From: Eledone cirrhosa | Lineage: Eukaryota | DNA length: 64,000 nt | Direction: 5' to 3' | Assembly (NCBI GenBank): GCA_964016885.1 | Contig: OZ024745.1 | Span: 44,268,001-44,332,000 of the forward strand | Part shown: positions 40,989-56,569 of the stretch, piece after piece | Position numbering within the stretch: the stretch's first letter is position 1 | Layout of the letters: every line of letters starts with the position of its first letter | Translations under genes and position numbers: made by a program | Notes under the pieces: model-generated | Databases searched by the model: none | Seen by the model: the letters and a program-made list of their open reading frames with translations, nothing else | What the model was told of the DNA's origin: nothing

Positions 40989-42548
40989 ATTTCTTTATTA
41001 GCCACAGGGGCACAAAAGAAGGGGACAAATACAAAGGGGGAAGTTTACATACAATAAAAACGTGTAAAATGTTATCACAGATGGAATTTAAAAGTTAGTC
41101 GATTTTCCCCAATAGAGGGAGACAGTTTATATGGGTAACACATACCCCCGAAAAAAAATGTGCAACCCTCATCTCCAGGAGTACGAAGAGCTTGTACTCC
41201 TTTCCTCTCCTCCTCCTTTTCCTCAACCTACAGGCTGATATAGAGAGAAGGCCCATTCACTCGGGCCATTCTCGCCACTTTCACCCACCTTTCATAAAAC
41301 TTGCTGGGGTACAGCACCTCTCTCTCCATCCTGATTCTTCTTCCAAAGTGGTATTTGAAAAAAAGAATCAGTTGTTGGCCGGAGAGAAAGGTGTCTGACC
41401 TCAGCCCTTTCAACCTTGTCCACCATACAACCTCTTTCGCCATAGCTATCACACAAAGGAAAACCGCCTCTCCTTCGTTTTTGAAGGAGGGTGGCGGTTT
41501 GATCATGACAATGGACTCGGTGGTCAACTGGATTGGTCCCACCCGCGACAATAGTCGTTCTACATAGCCCCACAGGTCAGTGACGCCCGGGCAGTGTATG
41601 AATGCGTGCGCGACGGTTTCTTCGTCTCGCACGCACCTCGGACAGATCTTTTTTGCAGGGTCCCTGCCCGGGCGCCCATGTCTGTAGAGCTTGTCTCGAA
41701 CTGGTAGAGCTCCTCGGTAGCACTGCCAGGCCAGGGACTTTTGGAAGTTGTCCATCGGTCCCGGGCGGAAGGTCCTACCGAACAGACTGGCCAGTTCATC
41801 TTCCTCCACGCCTAGAGTTTCACCGAGCGCGTCGTCGCACTTGCTGCGGACCAACCCTCTATAGAATGACGAAGTGGAGTCTCCACTGATCGCCGGGTCC
41901 GCCTGCCAGAGGGCTGTGAGCGCCTGAGCACATTCGATGTGCCAGTCGCCCATTTACCTCGGTCTCTGCTTGACCCAGGACTGCAGCTCGGTCAGCGAGA
42001 CGAGTCGTGGGAAGGCTCGCCTCACGAACGGGGCCCACACCGGTTGTCCGGTGAGGAATACGTAGAGATGCCGCAGCCTGAGCGCGTGTTTGCGCATCGT
42101 CAACCACGGCATCCCCAGCCCTCCGTTAGAAGGGTGTTGGCAGCAGATGGATCTTCTTACCAAAGGAGCCCGCCTCTTCCAAAGGAATCGGAAGAGGGCG
42201 CGCTCCATTTTGGCGAGCGTTTTGGCTGGACAAGGCACGACGGTCAAGCGGTAGTAGATGGCGGACGCTATAAAAGTGTTCGCCACCTCCGCTCGACCTT
42301 TCAAGGATAGTTTGCACTCGGCCCACTTCTGGGTGAGTGCAAACACCTTGGCCGTCACTTCGTTCCAGTTCTTCTCCACCTGGAGGTCCGGACCAAACCA
42401 GACCCCGAGCAGCTTTACCGGTCCTTCCGTCCAGCGTCCGACGACGCCATCGGAAGGCATCGGTCTGCCTCTCCACGATCCGAGTTGCAAACCGATGGAC
42501 TTGTCCCGGTTCAGCTTCGCTCCTGTGAGACTTTCGTATTCCTTTAGT

Positions 42549-42549
<1 letters not shown>
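40989..42549 (-). mobile_element. 5'-truncated copy of a sister Tx1 subfamily; ORF2 C-terminus with one nonsense codon
   Basis: ORFs 41954-42490 and 41228-41953 are in frame and align to the C-terminal part of the intact ORF2 (KQRPR*MGDWH versus KQRPRKLGAWH). Flanked by (GATA)n on both sides. Confidence 0.93.
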
Positions 42550-42584
<35 letters not shown>

Positions 42585-43679
42585 GTTCTGATTATGTCAG
42601 CAGCATTCGACTAAGACAAGAAATTACCTATGCTACTTACATTACTCAAGACTATTCTACTTTTTTTTCTAAATGCAACAAATTCAGTATTTTTTGTTGT
42701 TGTTGTTTCGCTTTATGTTACGTACTTTAGACGCAGATTGTAATTTGAATGTAGAATAAAGTTTTATTCTAAATCTTATCACTCAATTACCTGTATGCCT
42801 TCCTTTGTCAGATCTAATGTTTTCAAATCGCAGCAAGATAAGTTCTTTTGTGGGATCGGATCAAACCTTTATACGGCTTGTTCGTAAAGCCATATTCAAG
42901 AACGCACAACGATGTAAGGACACAATAGAGAATGAGTGAGGGAAGAGCAACAGAGAAATAAATGAACGGAGAATTGGAAAGTTTGTGAAATTATTACTCT
43001 TTATAAGATATCTTATATGATCTTCGAGGTTTACATGTAAAGAATTGCTGAAGAAGAAATATAAGTTATTTGATTCGCTTATACACATTATATAACAACA
43101 ATTCCTACGAAATAACACGACACTTTCTTTCTTATATATGAGGTAATTCATAAAAGAACTTTCACTCAAAAAGGGAAAAAAAAAATCGGTAGATATAAAT
43201 CGCTTTCCTATGGAATTTCAGATAAAAATGGAAGCAAGAGAAACATTGTCGTGGGTAAAAAATATTTGATATCAACAGAATAGTTATGCCAGTTATCTCC
43301 CTTGATCTAGAAATCGGCGCGAAACAAAGAAACTATAAGCTTGAGTATCAAAATCCTTCCTATGATGAATTTGTATTCTCTAAAGGTCAATTGAGGATAT
43401 TTTTGATTATCAGACTGTCTATAAAGCAAAAAGAAAAAGATGAAAAACATTAATTTGTTCCAACAAATTTCTCGCAATATTCAGTTTCACTCACATTAGT
43501 ATCGGCCGTCAGTAGTCAACCTCTGAGCTATAATATCTATTACAGTAGCTTGACTAATAAATAGATAGGATCAATAAACGTAAAATGACTGGAAAATACT
43601 CATAATGTAGAATCTTTTGTTGATCATACATAACAACTATGAAATGTGACAAGACAAATGTATAAAACTCTCTCTCTCG

Positions 43680-43764
<85 letters not shown>

Positions 43765-43841
43765 GCACACACACATACACATATATATATATATGAATAT
43801 ATGTATACATACACACACACACACACATATTTATACACACG

Positions 43842-43895
<54 letters not shown>

Positions 43896-44345
43896 CATAC
43901 GTACATACATATATACATATGTACATACATAAACGCCTAGAACTGTTTCATTCATATGAATGAAACAGGAATATCCAATATATGAAATATGGAACATTGG
44001 TTTCAAAACCAATGAAGCACCGTTTAGTCCTATAGAAGCATTCTCTTTCTTTCTCTCTCTCATTCTCTCTCTAGCTTTATATAAATATATATATATTACC
44101 ACAATTCCGGTTTGTATTTATTTTCTTCATTTTTTCTTAAATTGAGACAAGTGAACCCAATTGTCTATAGTTAGTATTCTTTTCACCTGAGCGAATCTGG
44201 TCCCTTACGATTTGAACTCATATATGTATATATCTGTGTTCAATTTTCTTTTATATTCTATTATAATATACGGCTCAAAAATATCTCTTTCTTAGAGCTA
44301 TTTTGTTGTTAAAGACTATTTTGAGTTCCTAACTCAATATATACA

Positions 44346-44419
<74 letters not shown>

Positions 44420-44447
44420 AATTAAAAGATGGCTAAAAAGTTCCATA

Positions 44448-44517
44448 TATTTTATTATGCGCATTTCGAAAACAACATCATCCTGGGACAAAAATTGTGT
44501 TCTCATCAGATAAAATA
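44448..44517 (-). ncRNA. Type I hammerhead ribozyme in a (TA)n-flanked insert with a partial inverted copy
   Basis: Minus strand reads tattttat-CTGATGA-gaacacaat...gttgttttc-GAAA-tgcgca-TA-ataaaata, with an 8-bp stem I. Inverted repeat 44416-44500 / 44572-44657. Confidence 0.78.
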
Positions 44518-44747
44518 AGGTAACATGATATGAGGCCTAAAAATACTTGTCAACAGGAAAGTGTCAAGTCTACACAATTTTTGTCCCAGGATAATGTTGT
44601 TTTCGAAATGCGCATAAGAAAATATATGGAACTTTTTTAACCATCTTTTAATTTCTTCTTTAATATATATTCCAGCTCTACCAACTGTTGAGTGCTACTT
44701 ATCTGATATATGCATAGTTTTATTGTTCTACAATATTACTCACCTTC

Positions 44748-44825
<78 letters not shown>

Positions 44826-44957
44826 GGCTAAGTGGCGATCCTGTGAGTACTCAGGTGAAACTTCAGATTAACAAGAGTCATTATATAGCCATAATTAAGA
44901 ATATTTCAACTCAACCTCGTTATTTCTCACGTCCGGCAATATCACACGCATATATAT

Positions 44958-45452
44958 ATATAGGGCGGGTAAAATTCCCGAGATCCATGGACGAGTTCTC
45001 TCCAGCGGTCTCTGTCTCTCATTATCGCTGCCATATCCTGCGTCTCCAAGAGACCAGTGTCTGTCCTTAGGACATTAACATATGTTAACCTCGGTCTTCC
45101 TCTTCCAGTGTGTCCATATAGGGGATCCCACAGGAGCACTGAGTGCGGTGTCAACTCTGGATGTTGGTGAGCATGTCCAGCTAACCTCAGTCTCCTCTGT
45201 GCCACTTTTGAGCTGACTTTTAGGAAGCTCCCGTACAGCTCTGAGTTCTTCGTCCTCAGTGTATACTGATTAATGTTCAGAGCCATCCTCAGCATTCTCG
45301 TGTAGCACCCATCCACCATCTGAGTGAGTTTCTTGGTCAGTGTCCAAGTCTCAGACCCGTACAGCAGCACAGACTCCACTACAGCAACGAAGAGATGGAT
45401 CTTCAGGTTTTTACGAAGGTCCGACTTCCACACGATCTCAAGCTGTGGCACG
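44958..45452 (-). mobile_element. 3' fragment of a different RTE-clade LINE
   Basis: VESVLLYGSETWTLTK...YTRMLR...RRLRLAGH...GRGRPRLTY. Confidence 0.85.
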
Positions 45453-45605
45453 CCACCCAGGCTTTGCTCTTCCTCTGAACCACATCATCTTCCGTCTTCC
45501 CAATCTTTGCTCCCAAATAAACTCCACTTCCAACACGCATCTAATACAACTTATAACTGTATAAAAAGTGCCTCCTGTGTTTTGTTAGTTTCATTTATAA
45601 ACTAA

Positions 45606-45664
<59 letters not shown>

Positions 45665-46149
45665 CGCGTGTGTGTGTGTGTAGTTTCGTCCCACATTTAT
45701 AGCGTTGCTATATTAGGTTTACTTTCTTCATGATTTCCACCAATTTGGTACCCAAATATTCCGCTATTTGAAGACTGTGTATCTATAAAAGTTAACACCA
45801 TTATGACTTCCAATATGATACACAGAAAGCGAAGGCCGCTAAAGACCAGGCTGGCCACTCTTATTACTCCGTCAAGACACATACATGTATTCTTACTGCT
45901 ATATACATTTACAGACAAACACACTGTCCAGTACACAATCAACCAATTATATTTCTATACTCTTCATATCGAACTAGAAACATTCTGTTAAAATTCTTTT
46001 GGCGTTCATACTCTTGGTGTAAATTCCTTGTATGTCAGCTGTATCCATTACATTTTCGATGTGTTTGTTATTTATACCGTAACAAACTAGTTTTTCGATT
46101 CGTCGCAATCGAATAATTTCGCCGGCAGAAATAAATATTCATTATATTT

Positions 46150-46338
46150 GGATTGGCAGTATCGGTAGAGGGTCGGACGCCATGCTTTGACGCATAGAGT
46201 TACGGCCCTTGCCATTCTGAGTTCAAATCCCGCCGAGGTTAACTTTGCCTTTCATCCTTACGGGGTCGATAAAATAAAGTACCAGTAATGCACTGGGTAA
46301 TTTCTGGCCTTGTGCCAATAGTAGGTAGAAACAATTAT
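46150..46338 (+). mobile_element. Short-form SINE copy
   Basis: Same subfamily; attatatt on both sides. Confidence 0.88.
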
Positions 46339-46587
46339 ATTACATCAAGGTTCACTTCTGAACTTAATTCTTGAGTCATCACCCGAGTTGTCATGAATAA
46401 AAACCATCCTTTCTTCTACCTACTAAACGTCTGCTAATTCGACACATTAAACTTGGGGTGTGTGTGTGTATGTGTATATGTGTGAGTGTGCATGTGTATG
46501 TGTATGTAAGAGAAAGACGGAGAGGGAGAGAGAGACAGACAGAGAGAGTGTGTGTACGTTTATGTCTGTGTTGTGTGGGTGTATGTC

Positions 46588-46633
<46 letters not shown>

Positions 46634-46677
46634 TGTATGCCTGTGTGTGTGTCTGTGTGTGTGTCTGTGTCTGCGTG

Positions 46678-46877
46678 NNNNNNNNNNNNNNNNNNNNNNN
46701 NNNNNNNNNNNNNNNNNNNNNNNNNNNNNNNNNNNNNNNNNNNNNNNNNNNNNNNNNNNNNNNNNNNNNNNNNNNNNNNNNNNNNNNNNNNNNNNNNNNN
46801 NNNNNNNNNNNNNNNNNNNNNNNNNNNNNNNNNNNNNNNNNNNNNNNNNNNNNNNNNNNNNNNNNNNNNNNNNNNNN
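46678..46877. other. Assembly gap (200 N)
   Basis: Run of N; interrupts the RTE ORF. Confidence 1.
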
Positions 46878-49106
46878 CTGCTTCCAGGTTTGGAATTTAT
46901 TCTCTAGTTCTACCATAGATTCAGCTATGAGTGCGAGGTCATCAGCATACAGGAGTTCCCATGGGCATCCGGTCTTAAACTCCTCCGTTATTGCCTGCAG
47001 GACTATGATGAACAGGAGAGGGCTAAGAACAGAGCCCTGGTGGACCCCAACCTGTACGCTAAATTCCTCGCTATACTCATTGCCAATCCTAACTTTGCTG
47101 ACTGCTCCCCTATACATGGCTTGTACCGCTTTCACAAGCCATTCATCTACTCCTAGTTTTCTAAGAGCCCACCAGATTACTGCACGTGGAACTCTGTCAA
47201 AGGCTTTCTCAAGGTCGACAAATGCCAAGTAGAGTGGCTTACTTTTAGCTAGGTACTTTTCCTGTAATTGCCTCACAAGGAAGAGCGCATCAGTGGTGCC
47301 TTTCCCTGGAACAAACCCAAATTGCATCTCGTCTATATTCACCCGGTCCCTAATCAGCTGTGCTATAACTCTTTCTGTTACTTTCATGACCTGGTCCATC
47401 AACTTTATACCTCTATAGTTTCCTCTATCTAGTGCATCGCCTTTACCTTTGTAGCAGTTGACAATGATGCTACTGCACCAATCTTTTGGTATGGCCCCCT
47501 CTAGTATTACCTGGTTAACGATACGTGTGGTTATAGTGTGACCTACAGACCCAGATGCCTTCAGCATCTCGGCAGCTATACCCGATGGACCGGTTGCCTT
47601 CCCTATCTTCATATCTCTGATTGCCTTACTTACTACGCTGCCGCTGACTTGTACTGCTGGTCCCTCTATAGGGTCTACGTGGGGTAGGGTCTCTTCTTCC
47701 CATGCATTCTCCTCATTTAGTAATCTATCATAATGACTCTTCCATGCATCTTTCTTCTCAGCACTTGTGAGGGCAAGCTCACCTTTATCATTCCGGATAC
47801 ACTTCTCTCCAATGACATCACAACTATCTCTGACACACTGCCTCGCAATCTTGAATACCTCCTGTTTCTGGTCCTCACGTTGTAAAACATGCTTGAATTT
47901 TCTATCCTCTGCTTCCCTCCTAGCTAAGTATACTTGTCGCCTAGCTTCCCTCTTGGTCTCTATGTAATGTACCCTGCTCCCCCCGTTCTTCCATTCTTTC
48001 CATGCCTGTCTCTTGGCCTTGACTGCTTCATCTACCTTATTGTTCCACCACCAAGTCACTCTCCTCCTGCTTGAGGTCTTACTCCAGCCACAAACCTCAT
48101 CCGTCGCCTCTAGTAAGTTATTTTTTAGGAACTCCCAGTTCTCTTCTACGTTAAATGTCTCTATCTGTTCTTCTTTACTGTCGTAGGCGTTGAGTAAAAT
48201 ATCTTTAAATCTGTTACTGGTTGAGGGGACTTTCAGCTTCCAGATCTTTCTTCTCCAGGTTGGCCTCTGTTTCAGGGCTCGTCTAGTTCTGACCGTGAGG
48301 TCGCTGACAACTAAGCTATGTTGGGATGTACATTCCTCACTAGGGAAGGCTTTTGTGTTTACGACCGTCCATCTGTCACGTCCTCTGATGAGGATAAAAT
48401 CTAACTGACTAGAGTGCTCCCCTGATCTATAGGTGATCAGGTGGTTGTCGGGTTTTTTAAAGTTTGTGTTACATATCGACATGTCATTGGCGTCGCAGAA
48501 TTCTAGAAGTCTGAATCCTTCCTCATTCCTTGTGCCAACTCCATGGCCTCCATGTACTCTATTGAAGCCGTCGCAGTGTTTACCTACGTGTCCGTTAAAA
48601 TCTCCTGCAATGATTAGGAAGTCCTTGTCGTCTGTTAGAGCAGTAGTGTGTATTAGGGACTCGTAAAACCTATCCTTAAGTTCGTCTGGCAGCCCCGATT
48701 GGGGTGCGTAAGCTGATATTATTGTGGTAATTGTCTTATTCAGGACTAGTCTGAGTTTAATGATTCTTGCATTTACCCTGTACACTGAGATTACTTTATC
48801 TACCCACTTGTCAGCTAATAGTATACCTACACCACCCATCCCATCGTCATTTCCCACCCAGAAAAATTTGTAGCACTGGCTTTTTCCTACAAGGACTCTA
48901 GCAGACCCTCCTCTCCATCTAGTCTCTTGCACACAGTATACATCAACTTCCTTTCGCTCTAGCATTTCTACGATTTCTCCTGCTCTTCCTTTCATTGAGC
49001 CTACATTGATGGTACCAACTCGGAGTTTTGGGCATTTGTCGACACTCGTAGGGGAGGGTCTCTGGGTTGGCGCTTCACGTGGGTGCTTGGTAGCTCGCAG
49101 ATTCAT
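46878..49106 (-). CDS. RTE-type LINE single ORF (AP endonuclease + RT), open up to the assembly gap
   Basis: Motifs VGTINVGSM, VQETRW, SAYAPQ, GDFNGHVG, NYRGIKL, QFGFVPG, AFVDLEKAFDRV, VGVHQGSVLSP and LLYADD. Confidence 0.92.
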
Positions 49107-49350
49107 ATTTCATCTATTGATTCAGAGTTGCTCGTGTATTCCCAGCTCATCCATCCCTAACGGTGGGAAAATTGAGGGCTAGAAGGACAGTGGTGGTGGG
49201 GTAATGGCAGGGTGTGTTGGGATGCGCCAGAGGAGGAGAGAGTTAGTTAGGCAGGTAGTAGCAGCAGCAGCAGTGGAAATGGCATGCTAGGTTTGATTGG
49301 TCGAATAGACTATGGTGGTGTGTGGGGGTGGGGGGGAGGGAAATTGTGAG

Positions 49351-50449
49351 GTAGGAACTGAGGGTCGCATGGTAAATATCCAAGTTAATACTACATCAGT
49401 AAAATTAACAATAATAACGTCATGAAAAAAGCTACTAAGAGAAACCCTCGAAAATTTATCGCTAATACAGCAGGGAAAATTTAACGCTAATACAGCAGGG
49501 AACATCATAATATTAACGACATGAAAAAGCTACTAAGAGAAACCCTCGAAAATTTATCGCTAATACAGCAGGGAAAATTTAACGCTAATACAGCAGGGAA
49601 CATCATAATATTAACGACATGAAAAAGCTACTAAGAGAAACCCTCGAAAATTTATCGCTAGTACAGCAGGGAAAATTTAACGCTAATACAGCAGGGAACA
49701 TCATAATATTAACGACAATATGTAGGCTAAAATACCTTCGTAGATTAGGTGGATGGCTGGCTGGGAAAATTTGAATCAGCTCTAGTGGTACATTTTAGCA
49801 GAGAAGAATGGCAAAGTGTCTTATCTCTTGCAATATTTTCAGATTGAATGAATTAGGTTAAAGACAGGGTAGTAAGCCTTAAAGAAGTGCATAGAGGGGG
49901 GGGGGGGGGGGTAGGAACTGAGGGTCGCATGGTAAATATCCAAGTTAATACTACATCAGTAAAATTAACAATAATAACGTCATGAAAAAAGCTACTAAGA
50001 GAAACCCTCGAAAATTTATCGCTAATACAGCAGGGAAAATTTAACGCTAATACAGCAGGGAACATCATAATATTAACGACATGAAAAAGCTACTAAGAGA
50101 CCTCGAAAATTTATCGCTAATACAGCAGGGAAAATTTAACGCTAATACAGCAGGGAACATCATAATATTAACGACATGAAAAAGCTACTAAGAGAAACCC
50201 TCGAAAATTTATCGCTAATACAGCAGGGAAAATTTAACGCTAATACAGCAGGGAACATCATAATATTAACGACAATATGTAGGCTAAAATACCTTCGTAG
50301 ATTAGGTGGATGGCTGGCTGGGAAAATTTGAATCAGCTCTAGTGGTACATTTTAGCAGAGAAGAATGGCAAAGTGTCTTATCTCTTCAATATTTTCAGAT
50401 TGAATGAATTAGGTTAAAGACAGGGTAGTAAGCCTTAAAGAAGTGCATA
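49351..50449 (-). repeat. Nested tandem duplication upstream of the RTE ORF: 2 x ~540 bp, each with 3 x ~98-bp monomers
   Basis: Units 49351-49893 and 49911-50449 are joined by a G-run. Monomers start at 49421, 49520 and 49618 and contain a ~24-bp subrepeat cgctaatacagcagggaaaattta. Confidence 0.92.
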
Positions 50450-50589
50450 CTCCAGTCCCACAAACTGTAGAGTGCTTCTTATCCGATATCTGCATTGCTT
50501 TATTGTACTACAATAAAACTCACCTCCTACATATACATATATATATATATATATAATACATATATATATATATATATACATATATATAC

Positions 50590-50624
<35 letters not shown>

Positions 50625-50851
50625 CATATATATATACATATATATATATATATACATATATATATACATATATATATATATATACATATATATATACATA
50701 TATATATACATATATATACATATATATATATATACATATATATACATATATATATATACATATATATATACATATATATATATATATACATATATATATA
50801 CATATATATATACATATATATACATATATATATATATATACATATATATAC

Positions 50852-50884
<33 letters not shown>

Positions 50885-50885
50885 C

Positions 50886-50916
<31 letters not shown>

Positions 50917-51027
50917 CATATATATATACATATATATATATATATACATATATATATACATATATATATATATATACATATATATATACATATATATATA
51001 TATACATACATATATATATATATACAC

Positions 51028-51110
<83 letters not shown>

Positions 51111-51445
51111 CATATATATATATACATATATATATACATATATATACACATATATATATATATATATATACATACATACATATATACATATATATATATA
51201 CATATACATATATATACATATATATACATATATATATACATATATATATACATATATATACATATATATATATATATACATATATATACATATATATATA
51301 CATATATATACATATATATACATATACATATATATACATATATATACATATATATATATATACATATATATACATATATATATATACATATATATACATA
51401 TATATACATATATATATATATATATATGCATATATATATATATAC

Positions 51446-51477
<32 letters not shown>

Positions 51478-51779
51478 GCATATATATATATATACATATA
51501 TATATACATATATATATATATAAATATACATATATATACACATATATATATATATAAATATACATATATATACACATATATATATATATAAATATACATA
51601 TATATACACATATATATATATATAAATATACATATATATACACATATATATATATATAAATATACATATATATACACATATATATATATATAAATATACA
51701 TATTTATACACATATATATATATACATACACACATATATATATATATACATATATATATATACATATATATATATACAC

Positions 51780-51916
<137 letters not shown>

Positions 51917-52305
51917 TATATGTATATATATATATACATACATATATATATATATACATACATATATATATATATATACATATATATACATATATATATA
52001 TACATATATATACATATACATATATATATACATATACATATATATACATATATATATATACATATATATACATATACATATATATATACATATACATATA
52101 TATACATATATATATATACATACATATATATATACATACATATATATATACATACATATATATATATACATACATATATATATATACATACATATATATA
52201 TATATATATACATATATACATACATATATATATATACATACATATATATATATATATATACATATATATATACATGTATATATATATATATATATACATA
52301 TATAT

Positions 52306-52364
<59 letters not shown>

Positions 52365-52607
52365 CATATATATATATACATATATATATACATATATATA
52401 TACATATACATATATATACATATATATACATATATATATACATATATATATACATATATATATACATATATATACATATATATATACATATATATATACA
52501 TATATATACATATATATACATATATATATACATATATATACATATATATATACATATATATACATATATAAATATATATACATACATATATATATATATA
52601 TACATAC

Positions 52608-52639
<32 letters not shown>

Positions 52640-52647
52640 ATATATAC

Positions 52648-52679
<32 letters not shown>

Positions 52680-52703
52680 ATATATACATATATATATACA
52701 CAC

Positions 52704-52735
<32 letters not shown>

Positions 52736-52802
52736 ATATATACATATATATATACACATAGATATATATATATACATATATATATATATACATATATATA
52801 TA

Positions 52803-53907
52803 CATCATCATCATCATCATCATCGTTTTACGTCCGTTCTTCCACGCTAGCATGGGTTAGACGGGTTGTCCTGTTGTGGGCAGTGTCTGGTCGGCTGACC
52901 ATGCCTTGCTCATACAGGAACTGATATGGCTTGACTTCTACAGCTGGATGCCCTTCGTAACACCAACCTCATTTACAGTGAGTGCTGGGTGCTTTTTCGT
53001 GGCGCCTACACGTCCACTTTACAGTGTGGGCTGGGTGCTTTTTTGCCGTGGCACCTCCACGACCACCTTGCGGTGGGGGGTGTGGAGGCATATTGTCTAT
53101 ATGCTTCAGCTTGTACCCATGGGAGGTCGGGTACTCTGTATTACTGCGTGACGCCAGAAGTCACGGTCGTGTGTCATTGTCTTTGAGAGGTGTAATTGGG
53201 TAAGGTCGGCTTTTATCACCTCATCCCAGGTCATCTTGGGTCTCCCCACTCCGCGGTTTTCATAAACTTCTAGTGCTCTGCACCTTTTTATGCAGCTATC
53301 ATCCTTCATACGCATCACATGTCCATACCAGCGCAACCGCCTCTCCTGCACACAGCATTTGATTCGTCTTATGCTCAGTCTCTCTCTCAATTCATTTATG
53401 CTTTGTCGTTCGCGTATATTACTATAACACATCCATCAGAGCAAGCAGGCTTCATTTCTCTCTAATCTACGTAAGTCTTCCACCTTCAGTGCGCAGGTCT
53501 CACTACCATGCAACATTGTTGTTCGGATACACGCATCATACAGTCTGCCTTTCATTCTGAGGGAGAAGCCTTTTGCAGCTAGCAGTGGTAGTAGTTCCCT
53601 AAACTTCTTCCATCCCGTTCTTACCCTAGTTATTGTACTTTCTGAACACCCACCTCCGCTGCTAATTCGGTCACCTAGGGAGCAGAAGCTGTCTACTGTT
53701 TCTACAGAGCCCTCCCAGAGATTGGTGGTACTTGTTTCCTGTGGCTGTTTGCTGCTTGCTGTTTCAGCACAGCTGCTGCATGTGAAGACTACGTTCTTAA
53801 TTAAGCTTCCTGAGATCCCGCTACATCTCTTGTGTACCCATTGTTTGCATTTGGGGCAGAGAATGGAGTTCCTACCTACACCTTTCCTACATACTGAGCA
53901 AGGCCAT
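52803..53907 (-). mobile_element. 5'-truncated RTE-type LINE (PHD-like finger + RT C-terminus, frameshifted, (TGA)n tail)
   Basis: [31 protein letters not shown]...[36 protein letters not shown] and GRPKMTW. The catcatcat tail abuts (TA)n. Confidence 0.9.
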
Positions 53908-54148
53908 ATATATATATATATATACAAATATATAATATATATATATATACATACATATATATATACATACATATATATATATACATACATATATATATAT
54001 ATACACATATATATACATATATATATATACATATATATATATATACATACATATATATATATACATACATATATATGTATACATACATATATATACATAT
54101 ATATATATACATATATATATATATACATATATATATATACATATATAC

Positions 54149-54205
<57 letters not shown>

Positions 54206-54246
54206 CATATATATATACATATATATATATATACATATATATATAC

Positions 54247-54297
<51 letters not shown>

Positions 54298-54320
54298 CAT
54301 ATATATATACATATATATAC

Positions 54321-54379
<59 letters not shown>

Positions 54380-54402
54380 CATATATATATACATATATAT
54401 AC

Positions 54403-54435
<33 letters not shown>

Positions 54436-54448
54436 CATATATATATAC

Positions 54449-54503
<55 letters not shown>

Positions 54504-54626
54504 CATATATATATACATATATATACATATATATATATATATACATATATATATACATATATATACATATATATACATATATATACATATATATATATAT
54601 ATATACATATATATACATATATATAC

Positions 54627-54657
<31 letters not shown>

Positions 54658-54808
54658 CATATATATACATATATATAACATATATATATACATATATATA
54701 TAACATATATATATACATATATATATACATATATATATACATATATATACATATATACATATATATATGTATATATACAACATATATATATATATATATA
54801 TACATATA

Positions 54809-54843
<35 letters not shown>

Positions 54844-54850
54844 ACATATA

Positions 54851-54885
<35 letters not shown>

Positions 54886-54937
54886 ACATATATATACATA
54901 TATATATATATATATACATATATATATGTATATATAC

Positions 54938-55003
<66 letters not shown>

Positions 55004-55060
55004 TATATGTATATATACATATATATATGTATATATACATATATATATGTATATATACAT

Positions 55061-55102
<42 letters not shown>

Positions 55103-55117
55103 TATATGTATATATAC

Positions 55118-55151
<34 letters not shown>

Positions 55152-55267
55152 ACATATATATACATATATATACATATATATACATATATATACACATATA
55201 TACATATATATATATATATAAACATATATATACATATATATATACATATACATATATATATATGCAT

Positions 55268-55300
<33 letters not shown>

Positions 55301-55371
55301 CATATATATATATACATATATATATGTATACATATATATATATATATATAGATATATATATATACATATAC

Positions 55372-55404
<33 letters not shown>

Positions 55405-55606
55405 ACATATACATATATATATATACATATATATATATACATATATATATATACATATATATATACATATACATATATATATATACATATATATATACAT
55501 ATATATATACATATATATATATACATATATATATATACATATATATATACATATATATATATACATATATATATATACATATATATATATACATATATAT
55601 ATATAC

Positions 55607-56569
<963 letters not shown>

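Noticed and set aside
40864-41034. N-terminal extension of Tx1 ORF1 in the ORF track
   Set aside because: Starts at TTG and runs through the neighbouring element's 3' UTR and the (TATC)n tract. Only the part up to ~40950 belongs to the element.
44824-44892. Hammerhead-shaped fold (GTGGCGA / cctg..cagg / GAAAct..agTC)
   Set aside because: Two core substitutions and an irregular stem I. Mentioned only as a possible decayed member and not called as a feature.
49421-50270. CRISPR-like repeat array
   Set aside because: Whole units are repeated with no unique spacers, no cas genes, and eukaryotic context.
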